In this document: one piece after another, positions 1 to 10,132 of the stretch
Layout of the letters: each line of letters begins with the position of its first letter
How positions within the stretch are numbered: the stretch's first letter is position 1
Source of the DNA: Dehalococcoidia bacterium
GTDB lineage: Bacteria; Chloroflexota; Dehalococcoidia; UBA2979
Direction: 5' to 3'
DNA: 64,000 nucleotides
NCBI GenBank assembly: GCA_965262725.1
Contig: OZ253555.1
Span: 32,001 to 96,000, forward strand
The notes under the pieces: model-generated
Database searches by the model: none
The model's input: the letters and a program-made list of their open reading frames with translations, nothing else
What the model was told of the DNA's origin: nothing
Made by a program: the position numbers and the translations under genes

Positions 1-663
1 TGCCGTTCCCGCCTCCAGATCGAGGTCTACCCACCGCAGACCGAGCAGCTCACCGAGCCGGAGACCCGTCGACACCGCAACAAAGACCAGACGGCGCAGG
101 TCGTCGTCGTCGCAGGCATTCACCAGCCGCTCGACCTCATCCGCGTCGAGCGCCCGCATCTCCACCCGCTCGGGACGAGGTGCCGACACGGCATCCGCCG
201 GACTACGTTCAAGAAGCTGCCAGCCGACCGCGTGGCGCAGGGCCTCCTTCAGGACGCGATGGTGGTGGAGGATGGTGCGGGGAGCCAGGGCGTGCTCCCG
301 GAGCCGCGAGTACGTCGTCTGGATGTGTGCCGGCCGCAGGGCCTGCAGTCTCAGCGCGCCGAGGTGTTCGGTGAGCCGCCTGCATATCTGCTGGTAGCGC
401 TGGAGCGTCGATGGTGCGACGTTCGGCTCGGCGTAATCGCTCAGCCAGCGTTCGAGGTACTCCGCCACGGTGATGCGGCTCGGCGCGATGTCGATCCCCT
501 GGTCCCGCAGCCGCAGCGCCTCGGTCAGCGCACGCTCCGCCTCCTTCTTCGTCCCGCGAATCGTGAACGTGCGCTTGCGGCGCCGGTGAATGACGGGATC
601 AGGTGCCAGTTCCACGGTGATCCGCCAACTGCCCTTCCCGCGGCGCTCCATGTGACCAGTCAT
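1..663 (-). CDS. int: Tyrosine recombinase/integrase (ICE/phage type), runs off the window start
   Basis: Manual translation from ATG 663: MTGHMERRGKGSWRITVEL...TIRGTKKEAERAL (arm-binding region), ITVAEYLERWL (core-binding region), catalytic box I STGLRLGELLGLRWVDLD; GGAGA RBS. Confidence 0.93.
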   Translation of the reverse strand, partial: MTGHMERRGKGSWRITVELAPDPVIHRRRKRTFTIRGTKKEAERALTEALRLRDQGIDIAPSRITVAEYLERWLSDYAEPNVAPSTLQRYQQICRRLTEHLGALRLQALRPAHIQTTYSRLREHALAPRTILHHHRVLKEALRHAVGWQLLERSPADAVSAPRPERVEMRALDADEVERLVNACDDDDLRRLVFVAVSTGLRLGELLGLRWVDLDLEAGTA

Positions 664-772
664 CGTCTCCCGCTTCCTCGACGCGACCGTCCGCTCGTGT
701 CCACTCCAACCACGAGTCCCCCGGTCAGAACAGCCATTATATCCGAACGTTAGTGCTGTTTCCCAGGCTTGT

Positions 773-955
773 TCAGACGTCGCTGGCCTCCGCCTTGATC
801 CGGGCCGTGAGTTCGTCCCGGGGTATCCGGATCACCCTTCCCAACCGAACGGCCGGCAGCTCTCCCCGCGCCACCAGCTCATAGGCGAGGTTGCGCGAGA
901 TCCGAAGCAGCTTCGCGGTCTCGGGAACTGTCAGCAGCAGTGAGTCGTCGTTCAC
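773..955 (-). CDS. Excisionase-family helix-turn-helix DNA-binding protein
   Basis: LLTVPETAKLLRISRNLAYELVARGELPAVRLGRVIRIP, adjacent to the integrase. Confidence 0.9.
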   Translation of the reverse strand: MNDDSLLLTVPETAKLLRISRNLAYELVARGELPAVRLGRVIRIPRDELTARIKAEASDV

Positions 956-1269
956 CTGTCACCCCCGGTGAGCGGCCTCGCGCGCGGCGCCAGGCCAGGC
1001 AGGTCGAGATCGGCGCGGTCCGGCGGGATCCGCTCGGCCCGGGCCTGCGGGTAGGCGGCCCGCAGCTGCGTGAGCGCTCGCTCGAGGCCCTCCTCGGTGC
1101 CGGAGCGCACGTACCAGCGCCCCCCGGCGGCACCCGTCGCGATCTTGAGCGAGATCGACTCGCCGGCCAGCGCGCCGAGCATCCCCCGCGCCGAGGCGAC
1201 GCTCGCCTCGAGATCCCGGGGCGCGACGACCTCGGCGAGATGGGTTGTCTCAGCTGGAGCTCGCGACAT
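952..1269 (-). pseudogene. Short ICE protein, probably the truncated N-terminus of a coupling/ATPase protein
   Basis: Overlaps the primase end and the xis start; ISLKI...RWYVR...LRAAYPQA resembles the N-termini of ICE coupling proteins; no P-loop present. Confidence 0.4.
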
Positions 1270-2339
1270 GCGCTTCCCTCCTCCCTGCATCGAGCAGCCG
1301 GAAGAAGGTGTCGCGGCCGCCGGGACGCGCGCCGAGCTCGCTCACGTCCTTGACGCCCGCGGGCAGCTCGAGGACCTGCGCGCGCCCTCCGAGCTCTGCG
1401 GAGAGCCACCCGGCGGCGTCGCGTCCGGCCTCGTCGTTGTCCATCACGAGCACGACCGAGCGCGCGCGTTCGAGCAGCCGCAGCACGCCGCGGCCGGGCT
1501 GCGTCCCGAGCAGCGCGCAGGCGGGCAGTCCCCAACCCGTGAGCGTCAGCCAGTCGAATGGCCCCTCGGTGAGGAAGAGGCGCCGCCTGCCGCGGTCGTA
1601 GCCGAGCAGCGGCTTCGGGAGCGACAATCCGCGGTACTTCGGCCCCGGGCCGCCGTCCGGCGCGCGGCCGACCATCCAGCCGCAGTGCGCGCCCCGAAGC
1701 TCCGGGATCACGATGCGGCCGCTCATCGCCTCGTCGCCGGAGCGGAACAGCAGGCCGAGCTCCCCGGCGCGCTTCAGGCTGAACCGGCGCCGCTTGAGGT
1801 AGGGCACGAGCCTCCGGCCGTCGCTCGTGCCGAGCCGGCAGCGCTTGGCGACCCAGGGCTGCACCCCCCCGCTCATCCAGATAGCGCAGCGCCCCGGGCG
1901 TCTCGAGCAGCGTCTCGTGGTAGAGCTCGCAGGCCGCCGTGAGGATCAGCCGGTCGTCGAGCGAGAGCACCGGGGCCCGGTCGGCCTTCTCGGGCACACG
2001 GGCCCGCGGCGGGGGCGGGGGTGCGTTGGCGGCGGTCCCGATCGAACTGCCACCGGAACCGCCGCCAGCGGCTCCGCCTCCGAGCCGCAGAACGGCCTCG
2101 CGGAAGCCCAGGTCCTCGGTGCGGAGGACGAAGTCGATCACGTCGCCTGCGGCGCCGCAGCCGAAGCAGTGGAAGGACTTCGTCTCGGGATAGACGCAGA
2201 GGCTCGGGGTGCGATCCTCGTGGAACGGGCAACGTCCCGTCAGCCGCCTCCCCTGCCCGCGCAGCTCGACCCCGTGGCGCCGTACGACCTCGGCGATCGG
2301 GTTGCGGCGCTTCAGTTGCTCGATGTCGACGTGACTCAT
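1250..2339 (-). pseudogene. DnaG-like primase (CHC2 zinc finger + Toprim) with a frameshift near 1864-1870
   Basis: CPFHEDRTPS...FHCFGC zinc finger; second frame has LTEGPFD and MDNDEAG Toprim motifs; the shift lies in a C7 run. Confidence 0.88.
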
Positions 2340-2701
2340 GGCTGCACCTCCGTTACCCCGCTAGCGAGGAACTCCGGGTCTGTGGTCGCCAGCGCGTGTT
2401 CCAGCGGGCTCGCCTCGACGCGCAGCGCGATGTGGTTGCCGCGGGCCAGAAAGAGGCCCTCGCCCCTGCGGCAGGCGAGCAGGACCTCCCGCTCCGCGGC
2501 CGAGAGCCCGAAGGTCTCCGCGACGAGCCCGGCCGTGGAGCTGTCCTGCCGCATCAGGAGCTGCAGCGGTAGCGGCAGGTTGCTCGCGGCGCCGTGGGCC
2601 AGCGCCAGGCCGGCGGCGGCCGAGAGCAGCTGGCGCATCGTCAGGCCGAGGACGGCCCTGTCGGCGACGCCGAGGTGGGTCGGGATCTCGTGGCGCCTCA
2701 T
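2336..2701 (-). pseudogene. In-frame fusion of a PrgI-family N-terminus and a VirB4-like ATPase C-terminus
   Basis: MRRHEIPTHLGVADRAVLGLTMRQLL joined near 2565 to LLMRQD...FGLSAAEREVLLACRRGEGLF...IALRVEASPLEHALATTDP. Confidence 0.75.
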
Positions 2702-2931
2702 CACGCCATCGCCCCCTGCACGATGCCGGCGATCGCGCGCGCGAGCAGCACGATCGCAAACCCCGCGAGCGCGTTGAGGATCGCCGTCTTGCCCGCCTCC
2801 ATCTGGCGCGGCGACCCGGCCGCCGACATGTAGAGGAAGGCCCCCCACATCACGAAGAACGCCGAGACCGCCGCCGCCACACCGATGCCGATGTCGAGCA
2901 GGTTCCCGAACAGCGCGTTGACCTCTTCCAT
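2701..2931 (-). CDS. T4SS pilin (VirB2/TrbC-like)
   Basis: 76 aa with two hydrophobic helices; GAFLYMSAAGSPRQMEAGKTAILNALAG signature. Confidence 0.85.
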   Translation of the reverse strand: MEEVNALFGNLLDIGIGVAAAVSAFFVMWGAFLYMSAAGSPRQMEAGKTAILNALAGFAIVLLARAIAGIVQGAMA

Positions 2932-2945
2932 CCCTGGCTCCCTTC

Positions 2946-3491
2946 TCAGCCGCCGCCCCGTGCGCCGGCTGGCTCTTCCCCAAGCAGCACGACGTCCGTC
3001 ACCAGCCAGCGGCCGCCCTCGCGGACGAGCCGCAGGCGGACCTGCTGCGTGACCTCCTCCCCGGCGGCGCGACCGCTCGCCGGGTCGAGCCAGCTCCGCT
3101 GCTGCAGCGAACGGACCGTCGCCTCCGCGGCAGTGCCGGAGAGCGCTTCGACCGAGACCGACTGGACGGACGCGCGGCTCCGGCGCCGTCCGGAGGTGGC
3201 GGCGGGATCGACCGCGGCGCCCGCGAGCGCGGTGCGCATCTCGCCGCCGGTGAGCCCGGCGAGCCGCGCGGTGTAGCCATCCGGATCGCGGTAGTCGAAG
3301 CCGCCGTAGGCGGAGACGAACGCGGACGCCGCGGCCTCCACGGCGGACGCATCGGCGGCCCGGCGCGCGGCGCCGTCCTCACCGCGCCCGGCGAGGCGCG
3401 AGGCCCCGCTCCAGGCGGAGGCGACGGCTAGCACCGCGAGCAGCGCGGCGAGCCCGAGCAGCGCGTAGCCCGGTCCGCGCCCGGCCGTCAC
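2946..3491 (-). CDS. Membrane-anchored NTF2-like (VirB8-like) conjugation protein
   Basis: GTG start coupled to the upstream stop; N-terminal TM; AFVSAYGGFDYRD and LRLVREGGRWLV. Confidence 0.6.
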   Translation of the reverse strand: MTAGRGPGYALLGLAALLAVLAVASAWSGASRLAGRGEDGAARRAADASAVEAAASAFVSAYGGFDYRDPDGYTARLAGLTGGEMRTALAGAAVDPAATSGRRRSRASVQSVSVEALSGTAAEATVRSLQQRSWLDPASGRAAGEEVTQQVRLRLVREGGRWLVTDVVLLGEEPAGARGGG

Positions 3492-3781
3492 GACGCCGCC
3501 CCGGCAGACGCGGTCGGCACGGGCGGGGGTGCCGGCATGAATGCGGCGTCGGCGGCGCTCACACCGGAAGTGAAGGCGACGTGTTCGGGCGGAATCGGAG
3601 GCGGCTCGGGGCCGTCGACGCCGGGAAGTGCCGCGAGCAGCGTCGCCGCCAGCGCCGCCACGGCGATCACGACCACGAGCACGGAGGCGAGGACGAGCAG
3701 CAGGAGCGCACCGGCGATGCGCAGTGCCTCGCGCGGGAGGTCGCCGAGCAGCGAGCTGGCGATGAGCGCGGCCTGGAACAC
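3488..3781 (-). CDS. Membrane protein, possibly the truncated anchor of a conjugative cell-wall hydrolase
   Basis: Hydrophobic N-terminus plus Pro-rich tail; sits between the VirB6-like and VirB8-like genes; GGAGG RBS. Confidence 0.45.
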   Translation of the reverse strand: MFQAALIASSLLGDLPREALRIAGALLLLVLASVLVVVIAVAALAATLLAALPGVDGPEPPPIPPEHVAFTSGVSAADAAFMPAPPPVPTASAGAAS

Positions 3782-3784
3782 ATG

Positions 3785-4972
3785 CTACCTCCCCACCGCG
3801 CCGGCGGCGGCGGTACCGCGACCGGCCGCGACGCCGGCAACGCGGCCGGCCACGACGAGCGCGACGCCCGCCCCGGTGCCCGCCTGCTGCAGCTGGCCGT
3901 TCAGGAGCGAGGGCACCCGGAGCGTCAGGGCGGCGACGGCGATACCCAGGAGCAGGGTCAGCAGCGCGTCCGCGGCGCCGCCGGGCACCAGCTCCACCAT
4001 CAGCGCCGCGCCGAGGCGCAGCACGACGAGCTGGACCACCTGCTGGAAGACCGTGATCGGGAAGAGATGCGCCCACCAGCGCGTCCAGCCCTGCGTCTGC
4101 GGCAGCACCCAGCAGAGCACCATCAGCGGCGAGAGCACGATCAGGACGTCCAGGAGCGCGAGCCGCATCAGCATCTGGAAGACCAGCAGCAGCGCCATCA
4201 CGGCGTACGCGATCGCCACGAAGACGAGAGCGATCCCCTCCTGGGCGGCGTTCGCCTGCTCGTAGCCGGGCAGTCCGACCTGGCCGATGGCGGCGGCGAA
4301 GGCGTTGTTGACCTCGATGAGGAGGCGCGCGAACGCGAGCGTGAGGTTCACGGCGAGTGCGGCGAGGATGACGCGGGGAAGCAGCTCCATCGCCCCGTGG
4401 TAGGGGCTGCCGATGTGCTGCCTGACCATCACGTTGAAGCCACCCCACATCACCACCAGCGCGAGGCCGGCGTTGGCTAAAGCGCGCGAGAAGTCCCAGA
4501 GGGAGCGCACGGTCGGGCTCTCGTAGGAGCCCGCTGCGGGCGTGCGCGTCACGAAGTTGAGCGAGGAGTCCCCGAAGCCGAGCGCCCAGTCGATGAAGCT
4601 GCGCATCGCCCCGAGCAGCTCCCGCCCGAGCGCGCTCACGACGCCGTCGAGGATCGCGACCGCCCACTCGCGCGGGTCGAGGCCGCTCAGGAGGTCGGAG
4701 GGGCTCGGGAGCCCGGGAATGCCGATTGCGGGCGCGGTGCCCGGCGCTGGTGCTACCGGGGCCGCTGTGGAGGCCACCATCGGCGCCGCCGGTGGGGTGG
4801 GGCCGGCGGATGAGGGCGGCGCCGCGGCGACGAGAGGCGCACCGGCCCGGGTGAGGGCGGCAAGCGGGTCCGCCGCCTGCTCAGCGGAGGCGGGCGCGGC
4901 CAGCAGCAGCCAGCAGACGAGCGCAGCGGCGACGGCGAGCAGCGGACCCCGCACGGCCAGCCCCTTCCGCAT
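3785..4972 (-). CDS. TrbL/VirB6-like conjugal transfer membrane protein
   Basis: Multiple TMs; LMRLALLDVLIVLSPLMVLCWVLPQTQGWTRWW motif. Confidence 0.8.
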   Translation of the reverse strand: MRKGLAVRGPLLAVAAALVCWLLLAAPASAEQAADPLAALTRAGAPLVAAAPPSSAGPTPPAAPMVASTAAPVAPAPGTAPAIGIPGLPSPSDLLSGLDPREWAVAILDGVVSALGRELLGAMRSFIDWALGFGDSSLNFVTRTPAAGSYESPTVRSLWDFSRALANAGLALVVMWGGFNVMVRQHIGSPYHGAMELLPRVILAALAVNLTLAFARLLIEVNNAFAAAIGQVGLPGYEQANAAQEGIALVFVAIAYAVMALLLVFQMLMRLALLDVLIVLSPLMVLCWVLPQTQGWTRWWAHLFPITVFQQVVQLVVLRLGAALMVELVPGGAADALLTLLLGIAVAALTLRVPSLLNGQLQQAGTGAGVALVVAGRVAGVAAGRGTAAAGAVGR

Positions 4973-5032
4973 CGCCGCCCGCTCGCCCTGTTGGCGGGGT
5001 GCGGCGATGCAGGGCTAGCCTCCGATCAGGTG

Positions 5033-5101
5033 GTCCAGCGGAAGTCCACACGAACACCAAAATCGGTCCAAACGGTCCACCGTAGGTCCAAATCTGGTCC
5101 A
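5033..5101. promoter_or_regulatory. Phased GTCCA direct repeats (about 11-bp period) upstream of the conjugation operon
   Basis: GTCCA at 5033, 5044, 5066, 5075, 5086 and 5097, with a degenerate CACCA at 5055. Confidence 0.55.
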
Positions 5102-5108
5102 AAGTCGC

Positions 5109-5125
5109 GTATTCGCGGCGAATAC
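5109..5125. promoter_or_regulatory. Palindromic operator-like site GTATTCGC-G-GCGAATAC
   Basis: Perfect 8-bp inverted repeat; the same motif occurs twice at 17779-17818. Confidence 0.55.
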
Positions 5126-5129
5126 TGCC

Positions 5130-5680
5130 CCCGGCGAGAGAGGCGGCCGCTCGCGCGGCATCGAGAAGGCGCCGTCGGTAGTCCATGCGGTACGGGTCCA
5201 GCCACGTGAAGAACTCCCCCTCGAGGAACTCCCCCGCGTGGAGACGGAGCGCGCGCTCGTACTCGCCGAGTACCTCCGGAGCGAGGAGGTCGGCGGTTCG
5301 CCTGATCGGCCCGTCGAACGAGTCGATATCCACCGTGAAGAGCGAGGGCGGCAACTGGAACCGCTGGCGTGCCGCGAGGAGCGGCTGCATGTCACCTGAT
5401 GAGGCAGCAGCCCGCAGCGTGCTCCTCAGGGTGGTGACCGCGTTGGACAGGATGTGCTTGAGGCTCGCGTCCCAGTCGCAATCCGGCCAGAGCGCCTCGG
5501 CGACGACCTCGCGGGCAACCGAGGCGGGGCCGTGCGCGGCCAGGAACGCCAGGAGTTCGCGGGACTTCTCGAGCCGCCACCTATCGACGGGCGTGTCGTG
5601 CGCCAGAACCCGCAACGGACCGAGGCACTGGATGTGGAAGAGCGGTTCGGCCGTCTTCACCTCGACTTTCAGATCGCTCA
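5130..5680 (-). pseudogene. SARP/BTAD-domain transcriptional activator fragment
   Basis: IQCLGPLRV...KSRELLAFLA...REVVAEALWPD...YERALRLHAGEFLEG; both ends chimeric. Confidence 0.8.
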
Positions 5681-5949
5681 TCTCCCGCGCGCTGAAGAGC
5701 GTGGCCGGCTGGGTCGGTCCGGCAGAGTACGCCCCGTGGTTCTTCTCGCTTCGTCTGATCGAACTCGCCGAGGATCCAATGCCCGAAGTTGGTTTGACAG
5801 GAACTGCGGCACTGACCGCGCGAAAGTGGTTCGACATACACGTCGATCGGGTTCGGGGCCATCTCAAGCCAGACGACGGACTCACTCTGGATGAGCGTAT
5901 CGCGATAGTCCGGGACTGGCTGCGTTCCGCCGCAGGCCCGTCTGGTTAT

Positions 5950-6065
5950 CCCGCTCCGAGAACCCCGGACTCAGATTGAGGACCACGACGCGCGCCCGCG
6001 GGTGGCCGATGAAGGGGGTTGGCAGTAGCTCGGTATGTAGTCCGAACTTGTCCGGCACCCGCAAC
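5950..6065 (-). pseudogene. Fragment of a UDG-like hypothetical protein
   Basis: LHTELLPTPFIGHPRARVVVLNLSPGF motif only. Confidence 0.4.
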
Positions 6066-6210
6066 ATGGGGCCGCTGCGACTGTGCGCCTCAATCCCATC
6101 ACGGTCGATCGGGAGGCCATAAGGCCGATGTCTGGGAAGATCGCCCACGGGTTGCCGATACGGCTGCGCACTTTGTCGCCTCCGGTAATTCTGGCACGCC
6201 GCCCAGGGGT

Positions 6211-6555
6211 TTAGGGGCGCGGGTTTGGAGGGAGTGGCGGCTGCGGGAGGGTTCGGATGGCTCTGTGTGCCTCGTCGGCAATCTTGTCTAGCACATCGCT
6301 CACGTCGCTTCGGAGCTTGCTGAGATGCGCCGGGTTAGCAACTTCAGCCCCCGTGTAGCTGTCCACGATGATGCTGATCGCATGGCGCGCATCCTGATAC
6401 GCAGCATCCACAGCTGACCTGACCATGCTCTCATTCACGCCGGGACCCTCCGCGCCCTTCCTGCTGACGATCTCCGAACCCCGTAGCTCCGGGTTCCGCT
6501 TCCACTGCCGGTAGCGCGCCTCGGGATAGGCCGTGACGGTGACGCGGCAGTCCAT
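6211..6555 (-). CDS. Hypothetical protein
   Basis: 114-aa ORF with protein-like composition. Confidence 0.5.
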   Translation of the reverse strand: MDCRVTVTAYPEARYRQWKRNPELRGSEIVSRKGAEGPGVNESMVRSAVDAAYQDARHAISIIVDSYTGAEVANPAHLSKLRSDVSDVLDKIADEAHRAIRTLPQPPLPPNPRP

Positions 6556-6657
6556 GAGGCGTCGCTCATCCGCTCCGCCGGCCGCGTGCGGGACGGGCCT
6601 CGCGGTCGCTACAGACGCGCGCGTAGAGGGCGACCGGGTTGGGTATGGCGCAGTCGG

Positions 6658-7038
6658 TCATCCGTTCGGCCTCGTTTCCACGTCGAGGTCAGAGAGCGCC
6701 CGGATCAACTCTCTCGCGTCGTCGATACCGCCTCGCACAGACTCCTCGTCGAGGAACGCCTGATAGAAGTTCGCGTGCATGCCTTCCAAGGATCGCACTA
6801 GCCTCCGTCTGGACTCACTGTGGGCGGAGTCCCGGTCGATCATTCTATTGGCATTCTCGATCAAGGCCCTGTGCGAGCCGAGGGGCCAGTGGTTCCGACG
6901 AGCAACAGAGTTCACGTAGTGGGAGAAGGCACCCCAAGCCTTTTCGGAGGCTTGGAGCAGATCGCCTTTCCGAAACTCTTCCTCGGCTTGATCCAGGAAC
7001 TGTGTACTGATCTCTTGGTGCTCCTCGGATGTCGCCAC
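6658..7038 (-). CDS. PaREP1-family (HEPN-like) protein
   Basis: EEFRKGDLLQASEKAWGA and MHANFY motifs. Confidence 0.85.
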   Translation of the reverse strand: MATSEEHQEISTQFLDQAEEEFRKGDLLQASEKAWGAFSHYVNSVARRNHWPLGSHRALIENANRMIDRDSAHSESRRRLVRSLEGMHANFYQAFLDEESVRGGIDDARELIRALSDLDVETRPNG

Positions 7039-7040
7039 TT

Positions 7041-7568
7041 CTACTCCGCCGCGTACGCCGTGGGTTCCGTGTACTCGATAAGGGAGAACTGGCCTTCGAC
7101 GACTAGGAATCGAATGGTAGTCTCAACACCGTACACGTCGACGAGATGGAGAGGTTCACCTATCTTGAAGTGTGCCGCAGGCGTCGCGAGTCTGCCGTTA
7201 ATGGCGATGTTGTCGGCGTATACATAGCCATCCTTATGCGGATTCAGACGGCCTTCAATACCCGGTATGTAGCCGGTGCTCTTGTCGAATAGCATCGCCT
7301 TGCGCCCCTCTTTGGAAGGCTCCAAGCTCAGATGGACCCGCGCCGAGTCGCCGGTCATGAGGATGGAGTGGAAAGGCAAGTATCCCTCCGCAGCTACAAG
7401 GACCGTCATGTCTTGGTCGGTTCGGTACAGGTGGAACTGGCACTCCCCGTTGGCATCGGTCTGGCCTCTGACCGATACCCCGCTGGGGTAGGCTGCCAAC
7501 ACGGCGGCACCCTGGATCGGCTCTTGCTGAAGGCCGTTGATCTCAAAGGTGATATCTGGCATGCGCAA
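7041..7568 (-). CDS. Hypothetical protein with an N-terminal beta-sandwich (carboxypeptidase-regulatory-like) domain
   Basis: PIQGAAV...GQTDANGE...VAAEGY pattern; 2 bp upstream of the PaREP1 gene. Confidence 0.65.
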   Translation of the reverse strand: MRMPDITFEINGLQQEPIQGAAVLAAYPSGVSVRGQTDANGECQFHLYRTDQDMTVLVAAEGYLPFHSILMTGDSARVHLSLEPSKEGRKAMLFDKSTGYIPGIEGRLNPHKDGYVYADNIAINGRLATPAAHFKIGEPLHLVDVYGVETTIRFLVVEGQFSLIEYTEPTAYAAE

Positions 7569-8111
7569 CCACCTTCGCTACACCCAGGGTGTACCGGATG
7601 TCTGCTAGTGCGCGAGACCCTGACTACTGTCCCACTCTCGCCCGCTGGCTCGCAAGACTGGCGACTGTATGGAGGCGACTGGCACTCGCGCTCCGGGGAG
7701 TCTGAACCGCGGTCAGCAGCTTCGCCTCAGTCGTCATCGTCATTCCGGTAGCTCCCGCGCCGCTCCGTCGTCGCCCCCAACAGGCCCGGCTCGGTCCGAA
7801 TAACCCGTCCGACGCCGAACGGGCGTTCATTAGCCCGGCGACGGCGTTCTGCACCAGTTGTCCACTGATCGCGCTGGGGAGGTCGAGGGCGAGCGCAACA
7901 TCCGTATCAGCGCCCGCCGGTTCGCTGGGCTAGTGGCGACCAGCCCGAGGCCGCCCCAGCGGCGCGATGCTCGCCGACGGCGACACCCACGCCCCCGCTG
8001 GCGGAACCAGGGTTGGGGCCCTCCGCTGCGCTCGTCTGCTGGCACGCTACCGCGAGCTCTCGCCGGCCGCGCGAGCGACGTGGCTGAACATCAGTCGTCG
8101 CTAGTGGTCGC

Positions 8112-8511
8112 CTCGTACTCGCCGAGTACCTCCGGAGCGAGGAGGTCGGCGGTTCGCCTGATCGGCCCGTCGAACGAGTCGATATCCACCGTGAAGAGCG
8201 AGGGCGGCAACTGGAACCGCTGGCGTGCCGCGAGGAGCGGCTGCATGTCACCTGAGGAGGACGCGGCCCGCAGCGTGCTCCTCAGGGTGGTGACCACGTT
8301 CGACAGGGTGTGCTTGAGGCTCGCGTCCCAGTCGCAATCCGGCCAGAGCGCCTCGGCGACGACCTCGCGGGCAACTGAGGCGGGGCCGTGCGCGGCCAGG
8401 AACGCCAGGAGTTCGCGGGACTTCTCGAGCGGCCACCGATCGACGGGCGTGTCGTGCGCCAGAACCCGCTGCGGACCGAGGCACTGGATGTGGAAGATCG
8501 ATTCGGCCGTC
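8112..8511 (-). repeat. 400-bp direct copy of 5256-5655 (BTAD fragment)
   Basis: Near-identical sequence with scattered substitutions. Confidence 0.92.
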
Positions 8512-8541
8512 AGGGGAAGGTTCGAGTTGGGGCTGTCCTCC

Positions 8542-8900
8542 CTAATCGTTGAGGAGGTTGCAGCCGGCCATTCCGAGTTCGGTCCGAACGTGCACCCAGA
8601 AACCCACGAGATGCCCCGTCGTCTCCTCCGGCTCGTAGTGGGCGTCGTCCGCGGGCATCACAGACTCCACCATCGCCCCGGGGAGCAGGCAGGCGAGGCT
8701 CGCCGACGCAACGTCGGGAGCCTCGCGCAGGGGCAGGCACGTCCCACCCGCGTCGACCTCGAGGGCGGTGAGGGCGGCGAACGGCGGCTGATCAATCACG
8801 GGGGGAAGCACCGGGATGTAGCCGCTGCCCTCGTAGGGTCCGCCGGGGACGAGGTGGATTCGAAGCTCGTCGCTGGTGAGGCCCAGGACGTCCGGGCGAA
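8542..8900 (-). pseudogene. Fragment of an SH3-like exported protein
   Basis: GGTCLPLREAPDVASASLACL...WVHVRTELG. Confidence 0.4.
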
Positions 8901-9004
8901 GTAGTGGCCGGGGACGAGTCGCAGCGTCAGTCGTACAGAGACCAGTTCACGGTCGCTTACGTCCACAACCCGCGAGCGCAGGATGCGGCATTCGCTGTCG
9001 TCGC

Positions 9005-9266
9005 CGAGCAGCTACTGCTACCGGACCCGATCGTGGCCGAGGTGCCCCATGTGCTGCAGTCCTACTACGAGGTCGCGCGCCATCAAGTAGCAGGGGCGCT
9101 GCGCGCACCCTCTCGTTCCGCGCCACGCGCGTGGTCGACGCTGCACTCCTGCATCGCGCCGTTGAGCTCTACGACGTGCACCGGTTGGACTTCGCCGATG
9201 CATACCTGGTAGCCACGGCAGAGCGCACGGGCATCGGCGTGGTCGCCTCCTTCGATCGCGGACTCG
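9005..9266 (+). pseudogene. PIN/VapC toxin fragment, frameshifted
   Basis: [21 protein letters not shown], then in another frame [27 protein letters not shown]. Confidence 0.8.
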
Positions 9267-9439
9267 AGTGGCTCCTGACAGCCACGACGGCCACCGCGCG
9301 TGGATCCTCCTGCGTCCTCACTCCAGCCTCCGTACCGTCTGGGGCCGCGGCAGTCCGCGTCGCCCGCACGGCCGCCAATCGCCGAACGCTCGACCCTCAG
9401 TACACGAAACTGAGGCTCATGCGAGCCAGGAAGCGCTCT

Positions 9440-9970
9440 GGACACGGCGTCCACACCGATCGCGCCGAGCTGCGTGAGCCGCTCCAGGCGGCGACTGGTC
9501 AGTTCTCCCGATTGGTCGGTGAGCGCCGCGAGCTCGGCGGCGCTAAGGAGCGGATGGCGCGCCGCCCATTCGATGAGGGTCTTCTCGGCCGGGCTTGTCA
9601 CGAGCGCGAGATCGCCGAGGCGTCGCGAGACCGGTTGCGCCTCGCCGCCCGTCGCCCACGCACGCGGGGTTCTGCTCGGCGCTGCGCCGGTGCGGCGGGG
9701 CGGCGGCCTGTAGCCTTCGAGCGTTCGCGCGATCCGGGCCGCGTCCAGGACCGGTGCCTCCCCCCATCCGAGCAGCTCGACGAGCGGTGCCGCCGCGCGG
9801 CCGGGCCGCCACCACCGCGCATCGCCCGCGCCGGCCGCGTGCAGCTCCTTGCGAATCGTGAACAACAGGTCGATGCGCCCGTAGCCTGCTTCGTCCCGCC
9901 TCGCCAGCGCCTCCTCCCACACCCGCCGCTGCCAGGCGGAGCGGCAGATCACGAGCACGGGCGGCAGGCC
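9440..9970 (-). pseudogene. Internal fragment resembling an ICE replication-relaxation protein
   Basis: [22 protein letters not shown]...[10 protein letters not shown] winged-helix-like segment. Confidence 0.45.
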
Positions 9971-9984
9971 ACCACGACCCCACC

Positions 9985-10132
9985 CTCGCACGTGCTGTCC
10001 CGCGTGCGCCCCGGCGCGATCGTCCTCATGCACGATGGTGGCGGCGAGCGCTCGCAGACCGTCGCCGCCCTCGAGACCGTGCTCGACGGGCTGACAGAGC
10101 GCGGCTACCAGTTCGGCCTGCTGTGCCGCTGA
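9985..10132 (+). pseudogene. C-terminal fragment of a polysaccharide deacetylase (NodB domain)
   Basis: [21 protein letters not shown]...GYQF. Confidence 0.8.

Larger units (their letters stand above)
1..5130 (-). mobile_element. Decayed integrative conjugative element remnant
   Basis: Co-oriented int, xis, primase, PrgI/VirB4 remnant, pilin, VirB8-like and VirB6-like genes; boundaries not defined. Confidence 0.8.
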
